From a phage: a stretch of 46,134 nt of DNA. The notes beneath the pieces were generated by a model. That model searched no databases. It saw only the letters and a list, made by a program, of their open reading frames with translations, and had not been told where the DNA came from. The position numbers and the translations under genes were made by a program. Location of the stretch: the sequence record PZ379182.1. One strand, given 5' to 3'. Of this stretch, positions 16,306-26,535 are shown piece by piece. The stretch's first letter is position 1. Each line of letters opens with the position of its first letter.

Positions 16306-19300
16306 TTACCACACTCCAACTACAACCCTTCCACCATTCGGTAAATTAACTGTAATTCCATTATTGTTAATCTGAACAGTGTTGTTGGTTCCGTTAAACG
16401 CAAAGTTGCCGTTACTTGCGTACAGACTACCCCTTACAGTTGCATTGTTAAGTTCCGCACTGCCTGACTTATCAATGGCCCAACCCTGAGAACCAGCCAC
16501 GTAGTTATTAGATTGAATCCGGTTACCAATCTTCGCGTTAGTGATTGAACCATCCTGAATCACTGCGCTTTGAATGAATACCTGATTACCTTCAACTACG
16601 AAAGGCAATGACCACTGACCGGATCCAGAGCTAATGCCGTTACTGATTGCGAACCTGTTAGCATCGAAAATGAACTGACTACGAACGTTGCCACCAGATC
16701 CGGTTAGTTCCATGCTCATCCCTGAATTGTACTCAACCCCATTGTAAGTAAGACCCAGCTTAATGCCGTACTGCGCACCAATTGAATCAGCTGTAACGTA
16801 AGTATCCAGCTTCTCATTTAAAGCAGCTTCATTCTCACCGAGCCTTGCAGATAAAGCAGTGTCCGCAGTGGTCCTTGCTTGCGTTTCTTCCGCTAGCGCC
16901 GTATCAATCCTTGTCAACGAAGCCACAATCTCATCATCAATCTGCGCTTTAAGCTGCGTCAGAGCCTCTACGCGAGCCCTTTCTTCATCGGCGATAAGAT
17001 TCACAGCCTGAACAAATTCGGCCTTCCTCTTGCCGTTTTCCTTCGTCATTCTACGCACGTCACCATCATTAGCCAGGGCGTTCTCAATTATTGATTCCGC
17101 TTGCGCCTGAATAGCTCCGTTTGACTCAATGGCATTCTGTTGGAGATACTTGAACCCATCTGAGTTTTCTATATCAACCTTAATATCACCAATGATTGAC
17201 GACACATCATCGCTTGCCATACCCCTTACAAAATCAGTCCATGGTGAGACGTTACCAATCTTGTCAATCAGTCGCGCCCTGTACCAGATAACCTTTCCTG
17301 CCGGTAATGTAGTGTGCCAATACTCGTAACCCGGGTAAGGAACTAGCGTTAACAAACTGGCGTTCTCTGGTGAGTAAGTACCATCACCATTGTCGGCTAC
17401 TTGCTGCAATTCAGTGTATGACGTATCGGCTGAGTTTTCAGGGAAACCCCACTTAACCCTAATGCCAAATATTTCATCATCTGAAGCTGTGATTACCGTA
17501 GGCTCAGACGGCGTTCCAATTTTACCAGTTAGGCTTACTGAAACAATGTCAGACCATGCGGATACGTTTTCAGTATCAGAAACGGCCCTTACGCGAACCT
17601 GGTAAATTCCGGCATAGATACCTTCAATATCAACCTCTGTGCTTGCTGTGCGCGGCACGTTAATCCAGTTTCCGTTCTCCTTGCGCCACTGGACCGTGTA
17701 GGTTTTCGCGTACTGAACCTTGTCCCACGTGATTACCATTGTCTCAACTGATAAACCCTGAACAACCTTACTGTAACTGCTAACCTGAACATTCTCGGGT
17801 GCCAGTAATGTATCTGGCTCCACGATTGAAGTTGGCCTATCCTGAATGTTTACGCCGTAATCAATTTCGTCGTATTTATTCGGGTCGTACTCGACTGCCG
17901 TAATGCTGTAACCGAACGCATCGTCTCCATCGCTGTCTGCTTTTTGAATCCCGGTCACAACATATTGCTGAAGAGCAAGATTTTCCTTATCAATCGCAAA
18001 TACTGTGTCAGGCTGAGGAGTAAAGCTAAACGCTGTATTAAGTTGCAGCGTCATACCATCTTCAGATACAGATGCAATGGTCCTGTACTCTGGCATTCCA
18101 TCAGGCTTGTTTATTAGAATCCTGTCGCCAGCAGTAGCATCAATCTTAAATGGCACAAAAACTTGCAACCCACTTACTGACTCGATACGACCAGAAAGGT
18201 TAAGGGTGTAGTTGCTAGACCATGCCTGGTCATTAACTGCAATAACCTCACCAATCATTGGAATCATACCTTCCAGACCAGTAGTGAAACTAATAGTCTC
18301 GCTGCGAATGTTCGTCTTTAATAACCAGCGCCCTCGGCGGTTTGCCTCACTCCTGCGAGTACATCCAATAGCTGTAAGGTCGACCGGGTTGTAACCAAAA
18401 CGCCTTGTTGCCTCTAACTCGAATACTGGCTCAACATCCTGTTGGTATGAGTTTTCAACGTCATCAAACTGAACGTTGGCAACCGTGTAAAGTGACTTAT
18501 CGCTACCAAATGTACGGTTGAACAATCCATCAACAACGTTGTCATTGGTGAATACGTACGATGGTTGACGCGGCTTATCGACAACAATCCCTATCTGCTC
18601 GCCGTCATAGAATGTCAGCCCACGGAAGATAGAGCAAATATCACGGATTACCTGATATGCTTCAACTTTCTGCTGAATGACAACATCACACAGGTAGCGC
18701 GGCTCAACTCCACCCTTACCATCTGGAACCATCTGGTCACAGAATTGCGCCGCCTCATACAGACCCCACTTATCAATAGTAATGCCAAGCTCTCGCTGGT
18801 CAAGTCCGTAACGCTGATTCGTCACCAAGTCGTAAAGAACCCACGCCGGGTTATTGGAATACGCCATCTTAAAGGTGCCGTTCCAGGTTCCGCTGTAAGT
18901 CCTTGTCTCTGGGTTGTAGTTAGTTGGAACGCGAATCAACTTCCACTTCTTCTTGATTGAAATCGTCGGGATTCCGTTAGGGAAGAGGTCAGAACTGAAC
19001 TCAACGTAAACCAGCGCTGTAAGTGGGTAGCGGAATTTAGCATCAATTACTTCCTGATAGGTCGTAATTTGCATGTCGTTAACCAGCGTCGAACTTTCTG
19101 AATATGCCGTGATCTTACGAACCCTCACCAACGCACTCGAGAACTCAGCAGGAAGGTTAACCCTGATACTTCTGTCGTACCCGCTAGTTGTCTTGCCATT
19201 AGCTACTCCGCGCGTGTACTCAGTGTATGTAGCGCCATCAACGGACAGGTCAATCGCATACTCGCAAGTGGTACCGTTAAGATCTCCGTTACTTTCCTGA

Positions 19301-19731
19301 TTAATCAGACGAGGCCAAAACAGCTTAACCCTAATCGCTGATAGCTGGGTGTTATTAACAGCAATGATGTAAGGAGTTGAGTTTTTAATCTCCCTGTTCA
19401 CTTGCACTTCCGAGTTAGCACCCTCTAGCCCGGCAATGTAATCCTGACTCTGTGTGCCAGGGCGAAACTCTGCCGTTACACCCTCGTAGTTGTATGTGCC
19501 ATTCTGGTTCTGTACAGGAACGTCAGCAAGGTAAAGGTCCTTTAGGGAGAATGAGCTATCAACCTCACCATCAGAAACAGCTAGCAAAACCTTAACCTTG
19601 TTTACGGATATCAGGTTATCAGGCTGCTCTACAGGTTGGTGCTGCTTTGGCTGTCCGCCCTTACTTCCATAAATCTTAATTTCTTCCGCCATATCACATA
19701 GCTCCGCATTTGTTTTGACCATTTGTGCCAT
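16306..19731 (-). CDS. central tail fiber / host specificity protein, lambda J-like
   Basis: 1141 aa; segment YSGTWNGTFKMAYSNNPAWVLYDLVTNQRYGL closely parallels lambda J; last gene of an M-L-K-I-J-like series. Confidence 0.9.
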   Translation of the reverse strand: MAQMVKTNAELCDMAEEIKIYGSKGGQPKQHQPVEQPDNLISVNKVKVLLAVSDGEVDSSFSLKDLYLADVPVQNQNGTYNYEGVTAEFRPGTQSQDYIAGLEGANSEVQVNREIKNSTPYIIAVNNTQLSAIRVKLFWPRLINQESNGDLNGTTCEYAIDLSVDGATYTEYTRGVANGKTTSGYDRSIRVNLPAEFSSALVRVRKITAYSESSTLVNDMQITTYQEVIDAKFRYPLTALVYVEFSSDLFPNGIPTISIKKKWKLIRVPTNYNPETRTYSGTWNGTFKMAYSNNPAWVLYDLVTNQRYGLDQRELGITIDKWGLYEAAQFCDQMVPDGKGGVEPRYLCDVVIQQKVEAYQVIRDICSIFRGLTFYDGEQIGIVVDKPRQPSYVFTNDNVVDGLFNRTFGSDKSLYTVANVQFDDVENSYQQDVEPVFELEATRRFGYNPVDLTAIGCTRRSEANRRGRWLLKTNIRSETISFTTGLEGMIPMIGEVIAVNDQAWSSNYTLNLSGRIESVSGLQVFVPFKIDATAGDRILINKPDGMPEYRTIASVSEDGMTLQLNTAFSFTPQPDTVFAIDKENLALQQYVVTGIQKADSDGDDAFGYSITAVEYDPNKYDEIDYGVNIQDRPTSIVEPDTLLAPENVQVSSYSKVVQGLSVETMVITWDKVQYAKTYTVQWRKENGNWINVPRTASTEVDIEGIYAGIYQVRVRAVSDTENVSAWSDIVSVSLTGKIGTPSEPTVITASDDEIFGIRVKWGFPENSADTSYTELQQVADNGDGTYSPENASLLTLVPYPGYEYWHTTLPAGKVIWYRARLIDKIGNVSPWTDFVRGMASDDVSSIIGDIKVDIENSDGFKYLQQNAIESNGAIQAQAESIIENALANDGDVRRMTKENGKRKAEFVQAVNLIADEERARVEALTQLKAQIDDEIVASLTRIDTALAEETQARTTADTALSARLGENEAALNEKLDTYVTADSIGAQYGIKLGLTYNGVEYNSGMSMELTGSGGNVRSQFIFDANRFAISNGISSGSGQWSLPFVVEGNQVFIQSAVIQDGSITNAKIGNRIQSNNYVAGSQGWAIDKSGSAELNNATVRGSLYASNGNFAFNGTNNTVQINNNGITVNLPNGGRVVVGVW

Positions 19732-19741
19732 TCTACACTAA

Positions 19742-19768
19742 ATAAAAAACCCGCACTAGGCGGGTCTT
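19742..19768 (-). terminator. putative intrinsic terminator/attenuator
   Basis: Minus strand CCCGCCTAGTGCGGG followed by TTTTTTATT. Confidence 0.5.
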
Positions 19769-19771
19769 AAT

Positions 19772-20347
19772 TTAAGCGATATCTTCTGAGTAACTCCCAG
19801 CACTAAATACAGAGCCGCCAACACTTCGATAACCGTATGGCAAACATATTGGGTATCCAGCAGCTACAGTGTTAACAGCCGACCCGAATGCGTATGAAGC
19901 CCTGTTTTGCGCAGACTCCTGCGTCTTTAATCCAGTTGCTTGTGGGGAAAGTAACTGAGCTACACCGCCAGCAGCTAGTGAGATACCAGCACCAAGAACA
20001 GCGGTTGCAATACCACCAGTAAGGAAGAAGCTAGCACCAATGAGCGCCGCACCTAGTACTGTCTGGAATAACCCTCCGCTTTTTCTTCCTTGAGGTATTG
20101 GCATAATACGAATCTCACCAACTGCCTTAAAATCCTTGATACGATGTTCATTAAGGTTCTTCCCGTCAGCAAATATTGCGAACCTAGTCCTTTGTCCAGC
20201 ATGGCTTTGCATGAACTCTTTAAATGCTGGAATGTTTACCGATAATGCTCGAAGTGCTTCCGGTACAGACTCCACGCACAACTCATGGACTTTCCCGTAC
20301 CTTCTGCCAAGTGACAAGCCCAGCTTAACCTTAATCAGTCTCTGCAT
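19772..20347 (-). CDS. tail assembly protein, lambda I-like
   Basis: Track ORF 19772..20416; probable start at about 20347 (MQRLIKVKLG); Gly/Ala-rich hydrophobic C-terminal region; position after the K-like gene. Confidence 0.55.
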   Translation of the reverse strand: MQRLIKVKLGLSLGRRYGKVHELCVESVPEALRALSVNIPAFKEFMQSHAGQRTRFAIFADGKNLNEHRIKDFKAVGEIRIMPIPQGRKSGGLFQTVLGAALIGASFFLTGGIATAVLGAGISLAAGGVAQLLSPQATGLKTQESAQNRASYAFGSAVNTVAAGYPICLPYGYRSVGGSVFSAGSYSEDIA

Positions 20348-21089
20348 TGTAATTTGCTCCTTCTGGTAAATCTTTGTGGCGAACGATTCGAACGGTACGC
20401 TCACGCCAGTAATCACTATAGGTATCCACTTTACTCATCTTGCCGTAAAGATGGTGCAAGAACTTATTGTCTCCAATGTAGATTCCTGCGTGGTTTGTGG
20501 CCTCACTTTGAATCTGCATCATAATCATGGAGCCAACTGGAATATCATCAGTTTCGACTAGCTCAAATCCTTCCTTAATCCAGTTGTCATCATAGATATT
20601 TTCTCCATACTCCTTGTTCCACCATGGGTAATTAACGCGGTAGTCAGCCAGTTTGACGCCGTGCTTTGCGTGGAATGACATTATCAATCCCCAGCAATCG
20701 AAGCTACCCAAACCCCACGGTCTTCCTGCTAGCGGCATATCAACTGGTTCAAGGATTCGCAGATCTCCTTCCGGGTAACTAACGATGACATATGGAATCT
20801 CGCACTCATTGCAACTGCATATGTCTGCCGGGCTAGGCCTTGTAGTTGCACCATCTCCAGTGTGTGAGTGAGCTACGTAAACAATTGACTCGCTGTAGCC
20901 AAGATTAAAGACAATATTCATGTACTCACTGGCGTCAAGAATGAACTCATTTTCAGGGTCTTTCGATGCGTTGGTGATTCTATGGTATTTTTGTGCCATG
21001 CCTTTTTGGGTGACTACGCCGCAGCACTCGTTTGGGTAATCCTCTTTTGCGTGGCGCATGATTTCTAGTTTAACTTTTGGTGTAAGCAT
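20331..21089 (-). CDS. tail assembly protein, lambda K-like (MPN/JAB plus NlpC/P60-type peptidase domains)
   Basis: Track ORF 20331..21173; ATG at about 21089 preceded by AAGGAG; Cys/His motifs consistent with JAB and NlpC/P60 signatures. Confidence 0.7.
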   Translation of the reverse strand: MLTPKVKLEIMRHAKEDYPNECCGVVTQKGMAQKYHRITNASKDPENEFILDASEYMNIVFNLGYSESIVYVAHSHTGDGATTRPSPADICSCNECEIPYVIVSYPEGDLRILEPVDMPLAGRPWGLGSFDCWGLIMSFHAKHGVKLADYRVNYPWWNKEYGENIYDDNWIKEGFELVETDDIPVGSMIMMQIQSEATNHAGIYIGDNKFLHHLYGKMSKVDTYSDYWRERTVRIVRHKDLPEGANYNAETD

Positions 21090-21099
21090 TTTAGACTCC

Positions 21100-21855
21100 T
21101 TAGTTCTGGTTATTCTTGGCTTGCAAGCTAGCGGAGGCACAACCTCCAAATGATAGCTGGTTGTTTTCACCAAACCTTAACTTACATGCATCAACAGTTC
21201 CGGCGCAGAAATCCAGGCCAGGGTCATCAACCGGATTATTGTCTTTATCAAAGTATCGATTCCCGGCATAATCACAACCGTTACCACTACGATACCAGCC
21301 ACGAGAAGCCCAATGGCATACTGACTGGACTAACCTCGCAGGAATATAAATACCATCCATGTCAATTGGACTAGATAGCTCAAAAGAAGCAGTTTTGTAG
21401 TCAACCTGCTTTGGTCGCTCAATAAAGTAAACCATCTTACGATAATCGCCATCTGCAATGCTGCCATCCTCATTGATATTATCCTTGATGGTAACCCAGA
21501 TTGTCACCTTAGCCTGAACCATACCATTATACTGACGGATTAGCGCTGAAACAGCCTGGTCAACGTTTGATAGAATTAGCGTGAGTTTGTTTGCTTTGCC
21601 GTCAGAAGTTAGGTTAATTCCGCTAATACCGAATGGCCTTGCTCCATATTCTTCACCACGAAATGTAATTGTCTTGGCTGGCAGTGGCTGGCCAGAGGAT
21701 TGTGATTGCATGATTTCTTCAGGCGTGTATGAGATGTTCTCACCATGGAACCTGTAAACCCTTGCGCCAAACTTACTGCCGTCAACCTCAATAAGCGTAA
21801 CCACCTCACCAGGGAAAAGTGATTGAAGCTGGTTCTCAAACTTTACACTTGCCAT
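21100..21855 (-). CDS. minor tail protein, lambda L-like
   Basis: 251 aa; C-terminal Cys cluster as in gpL-type tail tip proteins; synteny. Confidence 0.7.
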   Translation of the reverse strand: MASVKFENQLQSLFPGEVVTLIEVDGSKFGARVYRFHGENISYTPEEIMQSQSSGQPLPAKTITFRGEEYGARPFGISGINLTSDGKANKLTLILSNVDQAVSALIRQYNGMVQAKVTIWVTIKDNINEDGSIADGDYRKMVYFIERPKQVDYKTASFELSSPIDMDGIYIPARLVQSVCHWASRGWYRSGNGCDYAGNRYFDKDNNPVDDPGLDFCAGTVDACKLRFGENNQLSFGGCASASLQAKNNQN

Positions 21856-21893
21856 ATTCTCTCCAATAAAAAAAGGCCCACATGAGCCTTAGT

Positions 21894-22241
21894 TTAACTC
21901 ATTGACGTGAAAACTTCAGTAAATTGCATACTAACAGTCTGAACTTCTTTTGTGCTCGGAGAGACGCTAATGCTATCCTGCTGAATAACAAAAAGTTTTA
22001 GCTCACCCTGCGGCGTAGTCCATGCGAAAGGTTTTACGATATGGTCAAAGCAGAAGTTCATTACTGCCTCCCACTCACGACCAACGTAGCTAACCGTGTA
22101 AGTCCTTTTGTTTGTCCTGTACCCACCAGTTCCACGCTGCTGGAATCCATTCCCAAATGATACAACTCTGACGTTATTCTGGTTTGAGAATGATAATCCA
22201 GCCTGAACGTTCAAGCACCAATTAAAAGTTTGCAATGCCAT
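21894..22241 (-). CDS. minor tail protein, lambda M-like
   Basis: 115 aa immediately after the tape measure gene. Confidence 0.65.
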   Translation of the reverse strand: MALQTFNWCLNVQAGLSFSNQNNVRVVSFGNGFQQRGTGGYRTNKRTYTVSYVGREWEAVMNFCFDHIVKPFAWTTPQGELKLFVIQQDSISVSPSTKEVQTVSMQFTEVFTSMS

Positions 22242-22272
22242 TTAAAATCCTTAGGGGCCGAAGCCCCATTAA

Positions 22273-25245
22273 TTAGTTGTAACCGCGCAAGAACTGATAC
22301 GCTCTGCCACCCTGTTGGAATGATTTGCTGATTTCCTCAGCCACGATAACCTTAACTCCAGATTCTATCGCCTTAGCATCATTTCCGCCACCGATTCCAG
22401 AGTTTACGTTAACCGTCACACCACCAACACTGACATTAGTACCGCCGACAACCCCACCATTAGCATAACCAGATGGCCCACCAACAGCACCTCCATTTGC
22501 ATAACCGCGCATCAGCTTGTACAGATTCTTAACACCAATCCTGCTTGTAGCCTCTTTTGTGAATACAAACTCACCACGGTGAACAGTCCCAGCAGGTTGA
22601 TATTTCCCGCCATCACCAGTATAACCTCCGCCAGCAAAACCAAGCGCACTACCAATTGAACCAATAGCGCCGCCAGTACCACCAAAACTACTCAGACTTG
22701 ACTCAATGGCCTTAACAATTAAGAGTTGAGTCGCAATCCTGGCAATCTGTTTCAGGATCTCAACGGTAAAACTCCTGAAGTCTGCCGTGCCAGTTGTTAC
22801 AAGGCTGGTGATCTGCTCGGTAATTCCGGTAAAGACGGAAGTGGTCAATTCACCAGCGATAGAGAATGCATCTGTCGCGCTCTCTGCCCAATTAGCGAAG
22901 GATGATTGCACACCAGCAAGCCAGTTTTCACGTAGCGCATCCTCTTGAGCATAGAAATTACGCCTGGCTTCTAGTAATGCCTGAAAATCAGTATCATCTA
23001 CAGAACCACCTTTGTTTACCTGATTGGATTGAAGTGCCTGAAGCTCTTTTGCTCTTTGCTTCTCCCTGTCAGATAAATTAGCAGCAAGTGAAAAATTATT
23101 TGCTTCATTTGTAATCTGCACAGTCTTCTTAAGGTTGTCATCAAGTAACTTGTTTGACCTCTCCTGAAGCACAATCTGGTCACCAAGTTCAGCCTTCTGT
23201 TTAGCCTGTTCAAGAATGATATTCTTCTGCGCAAGTAGCTTAGCCTGTGATTTTGTAAGCGTACCATCCGCTTGTCTTTGTTCAAGTATTGCAAACTTCG
23301 CTTCTTCCTGGAATAACTGCTTTCTTTCATTGCTTATTACATCATTTATCGTTCTGTGCTCTTGTAAGACCTTTAACTGAGCCTGAAGTGCAAGAACGCC
23401 AGATTCATAAGATAAAGTTAAATCCCTTTCTTCTTTTACAGCCTTTTTCCTCTCACTCCTTGCTTTCTTTATCGCATCATACTCATCGGCAAGAGCCTTC
23501 TTCCTTGCTGCAAACTCCTTATCGGTTGATGCATTATTGCCGCTAAGGTTGGTGTTATTGTTGTTCTCGACATAACCAAGCTCACCCTTCCTGATTCTCG
23601 CATCTCGCTCAGCTATGCTTTTTGCTAACTCCTCATTTTGCTTCTTAGCTGCATCAACAATCTTTTGCTGCTCAGCGATTGCTTCATTGCCTAAATCGCC
23701 AAGTCCAGGTATTGACTGAAGTGTCTTGGTTGCTGCTATTGCAAACTCGCCCAATAGGATATCGCCGGAGTTTATTAACGACCTTATCTGCTCAATAGTC
23801 CCAGCAACAACGTCAGTTATTAAGTTAAGCGCCCCAAGCGTCCTTTTGCTTATATCATCCCAAATCTCACTTACAAACTTCCTGAAGCTATTCCATGCGC
23901 TCTCAAGAGGGTTAAGGCTTAGTGCTACGTCTGCTAGCCTGTTTTCCATAACGTTAGCGAATAGCTCAGTAGCTGCGGTTACAGCCTCTGTTTCTCCAGC
24001 CGTCTTCCTGATATTCTCAATGTATTTCAATTGCCCAGACTGAAGGAAGTTGAACTGCTTATCGAGTGCAATCAGACCTTGAATTGGGTCCTTTGTAATC
24101 TGATCAAAGTATCCAAGAATAGTTTTCGAGTCTGTTGATGTTACAGTTGCCCATTGTGCTGTCGCCTTGGTTATCTTATCTATCTGCGTAAGAGTCAGAT
24201 TACCGTTTGCTACCAGGCTGTTAGCTATCTCCTGGATAAGTCCGCGCGTGGCTAGTGTTGAACTCTCAATTCCATCAACAACCTGATTTATCTGCGCTGT
24301 CGACGTGATAGTTGAGTTGCCAACCAATGTTATCGTTGATGCTAGTCCGCGAGTGTTCTTGTCAGCCTGATAAGCAGCAACACCAAGAGCGCCGAGGGCC
24401 AAGCCCAAAGTCCCAACAACTGCCGTTAATGGGTTAATGGCTGCCAGTGCGAACCTTGCGGTGTTAGCAATACCACCAAAGCTATCCTTAATCTGCCCAC
24501 CCTGCTGAATTGCAATGAGCCAGATTGGGATGCCGCCAGCAAGAGATGTTCCGATATCTGTAATCTGAGCTGGTAGCTGTCGTATTGCTTGCTTGTACTG
24601 ACCGGCGCTTAAACCTGACTTAACAAAAGCGGAGCTTTGCTTCTGTAACTGAACAGCAGATGCCTCGGCGGCCTTGCCAATCCTGTCGATAATCGGTGCC
24701 GCTTGGTCACTAACTCCGAGTTGAGCAGCCTTAAGTTGAAGTAGTTCAGTCCTTGTAAGGCTTGCTGCATTCGCCTCGTTCTCAAGAGATTGAATGAACT
24801 TTTGCGCGGCTGCTGTTGCCTTTTCTTTATCTATTGATGCCTGTAGTGCAGCTCGCCCTTCCTCGCTAAGAGCTGCTTTAGACCTGTTTAGCTTATTTAT
24901 TTGAGTTTCAATAACAGAGCCAAGCCGGAAGAACTCATCATCAGGAACTATTCCAGATTCAAACGCCTTGTCTAATTCAGTTGCTGCTTTCTGAAGCTTC
25001 TGGAATTTAGCGGCAGTTGGGTCTATGACTTGTTGAAGTGATGCGAAAGATTTGCGCTGCTCCTCAAGCTGCCTTGCGGTGTCCCTTGCTTGAGTCTTGG
25101 CTACAAGTTCGGCGTTGACGAAGCTATTAATGCCTGTTGCAGCTTGCTCGTTTGCTTGCCTGAATTTCTGTAATGATTGTGTACCCTTATCGACCTGAGC
25201 GACGTCGACGGCTAGCGTGATACCAGCAATTTCGTTAGTTGCCAT
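22273..25245 (-). CDS. tail tape measure protein
   Basis: Track ORF 22273..25275; ATG at about 25245 preceded by GGAGGA; about 990 aa, coiled-coil-rich with Gly-rich C-terminal repeats. Confidence 0.85.
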   Translation of the reverse strand: MATNEIAGITLAVDVAQVDKGTQSLQKFRQANEQAATGINSFVNAELVAKTQARDTARQLEEQRKSFASLQQVIDPTAAKFQKLQKAATELDKAFESGIVPDDEFFRLGSVIETQINKLNRSKAALSEEGRAALQASIDKEKATAAAQKFIQSLENEANAASLTRTELLQLKAAQLGVSDQAAPIIDRIGKAAEASAVQLQKQSSAFVKSGLSAGQYKQAIRQLPAQITDIGTSLAGGIPIWLIAIQQGGQIKDSFGGIANTARFALAAINPLTAVVGTLGLALGALGVAAYQADKNTRGLASTITLVGNSTITSTAQINQVVDGIESSTLATRGLIQEIANSLVANGNLTLTQIDKITKATAQWATVTSTDSKTILGYFDQITKDPIQGLIALDKQFNFLQSGQLKYIENIRKTAGETEAVTAATELFANVMENRLADVALSLNPLESAWNSFRKFVSEIWDDISKRTLGALNLITDVVAGTIEQIRSLINSGDILLGEFAIAATKTLQSIPGLGDLGNEAIAEQQKIVDAAKKQNEELAKSIAERDARIRKGELGYVENNNNTNLSGNNASTDKEFAARKKALADEYDAIKKARSERKKAVKEERDLTLSYESGVLALQAQLKVLQEHRTINDVISNERKQLFQEEAKFAILEQRQADGTLTKSQAKLLAQKNIILEQAKQKAELGDQIVLQERSNKLLDDNLKKTVQITNEANNFSLAANLSDREKQRAKELQALQSNQVNKGGSVDDTDFQALLEARRNFYAQEDALRENWLAGVQSSFANWAESATDAFSIAGELTTSVFTGITEQITSLVTTGTADFRSFTVEILKQIARIATQLLIVKAIESSLSSFGGTGGAIGSIGSALGFAGGGYTGDGGKYQPAGTVHRGEFVFTKEATSRIGVKNLYKLMRGYANGGAVGGPSGYANGGVVGGTNVSVGGVTVNVNSGIGGGNDAKAIESGVKVIVAEEISKSFQQGGRAYQFLRGYN

Positions 25246-25275
25246 TTTTCCTCCACTAGTAGCTAATAGCACCAA

Positions 25276-25840
25276 AAGTCAAAAACAATAAATCTCAGTA
25301 TGTATAATACATTAACACTTCGACTTTGGGGGTAAAATGTTTAAATATTTGTTTGATTATGATGGAATGAAATTGATATGGAAAAACCCAACATCACCTA
25401 GATTCACAAAGGGCGACGTTGCGGGAACTAAGCATAAGAGAGGATACATTCAAGTTTGCTTTAATAGGAAGCTATACCTTGCTCATAGGATAATATGGGA
25501 GATGCATCATGGCGAGATACCTGAAGGGATGCAGATTGACCATGTAAATCAGGACAAATCAGATAACAGGATTTCAAACCTAAGGCTAGTCACGCAGCAG
25601 GAAAACAAAAAGAACAAACCAAAGCAAGTAAGAAACTCTAGCGGAGTTAATGGTGTATCTTGGAATAAATCAAATGGAAAATGGCAGGTAAGGATAGGTG
25701 TAGATGGAAAAGATGTTCATCTTGGGTATTTTGATAACATTTCAGACGCTAAAAAAGCAAGATTCGATGCTGACTTTAGATTTAAATACCATGAAAATCA
25801 CGGTAACAAAAAGCGCCAGTAGGCGCTTTATTTTTTATCT
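25276..25840 (+). mobile_element. free-standing homing endonuclease cassette (promoter-like sequence, HNH-AP2 gene, terminator-like hairpin) inserted in the tail module
   Basis: TATAAT at about 25310 and GGGGGTAAAATG RBS upstream; AGCGCC-AGTA-GGCGCT hairpin plus T-run at the 3' end; opposite strand to every flanking gene. Confidence 0.6.
25337..25822 (+). CDS. HNH homing endonuclease with AP2 DNA-binding domain
   Basis: 161 aa; HNH motif region IDHVNQDKSDNRISNLRLVTQQEN and AP2-like GVSWNKSNGKWQVRIGVDGKDVHLGYF; antisense to the tail operon. Confidence 0.8.
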   Translation: MFKYLFDYDGMKLIWKNPTSPRFTKGDVAGTKHKRGYIQVCFNRKLYLAHRIIWEMHHGEIPEGMQIDHVNQDKSDNRISNLRLVTQQENKKNKPKQVRNSSGVNGVSWNKSNGKWQVRIGVDGKDVHLGYFDNISDAKKARFDADFRFKYHENHGNKKRQ

Positions 25841-26127
25841 CTCATCATATCAAGGGCTTTAGCTTCCAGCACCCTGATATCGTTAAGTACCATTTGTCTA
25901 TCACTGACTTCGTAAACATCAAAAAGAAAATTCAAGCAGTTGTAATCAAGACCTGTGGCGCCGCATGTACCAACCCTCCACTGAGTAGACATGGCGCAGT
26001 ACAAATCCCAACTTTGCATCATATCCTCATCGAAGTATAACTCTTCAGGCTCCTCACCGTCATAGTCTGATCTTTTCATTCCAATCGCTTCGAGTTCAGC
26101 GTCAGTTGGTGGTGATTGGTACTGCAA
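25828..26127 (-). CDS. tail assembly chaperone C-terminal extension (lambda T-like), probably made as a G-T fusion by -1 frameshift
   Basis: Track ORF starts at TTG; its frame is open back across the end of the upstream chaperone gene and is the -1 frame; a GTAAAAATT run lies at the junction. Confidence 0.45.
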   Translation of the reverse strand: MQYQSPPTDAELEAIGMKRSDYDGEEPEELYFDEDMMQSWDLYCAMSTQWRVGTCGATGLDYNCLNFLFDVYEVSDRQMVLNDIRVLEAKALDMMRDKK

Positions 26128-26141
26128 AAATACAGCGCGCC

Positions 26142-26456
26142 TTAAATTTTTACCCTTTGTCCCGCTAACGCCTTCATGTATGAATCCATTAATGACGGAA
26201 CTGCGGCAGGGAAAAGGTTCGCGAACTCTTCTACGTTCTCATCGTTAAATGGTTCTTCTAAATCCCAATCAGAGCAGATTTCGTTAATCAATTCTTTGGT
26301 GCTGAAGTTCTCACGGTTAAGAATCTCCTGCAACTCAGATGATTTCTTGTGCTTAACTGTTAGCACTACTTCTGCATCATCGCCATTAGCTAACTGGAAC
26401 TTAACTGGAAGTTTAAAGTCAGGCAGCGCCTTAAGTGAAAGTTTAAATTTTGCCAT
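26142..26456 (-). CDS. tail assembly chaperone (lambda G-like)
   Basis: Track ORF 26142..26495; ATG at about 26456 preceded by AGGAGA; acidic protein between major tail and tape measure genes. Confidence 0.6.
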   Translation of the reverse strand: MAKFKLSLKALPDFKLPVKFQLANGDDAEVVLTVKHKKSSELQEILNRENFSTKELINEICSDWDLEEPFNDENVEEFANLFPAAVPSLMDSYMKALAGQRVKI

Positions 26457-26505
26457 CTCGTTATCTCCTTTGTTTGTGTTTGTTGATTGTAGCATAAAGT
26501 GCTAT

Positions 26506-26530
26506 CAATAAAAAACCCTCCGAAGAGGGT
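26506..26530 (-). terminator. intrinsic terminator after the major tail protein gene
   Basis: Minus strand CCCTC-TTCG-GAGGG followed by TTTTTTATT. Confidence 0.7.
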
Positions 26531-26535
26531 TAATT

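Noticed and set aside
16306-19731. Many plus-strand ORFs (60-130 aa) inside the J-like, tape measure, capsid and portal genes
   Set aside because: All are antisense to long, recognisable structural genes; no supporting signals
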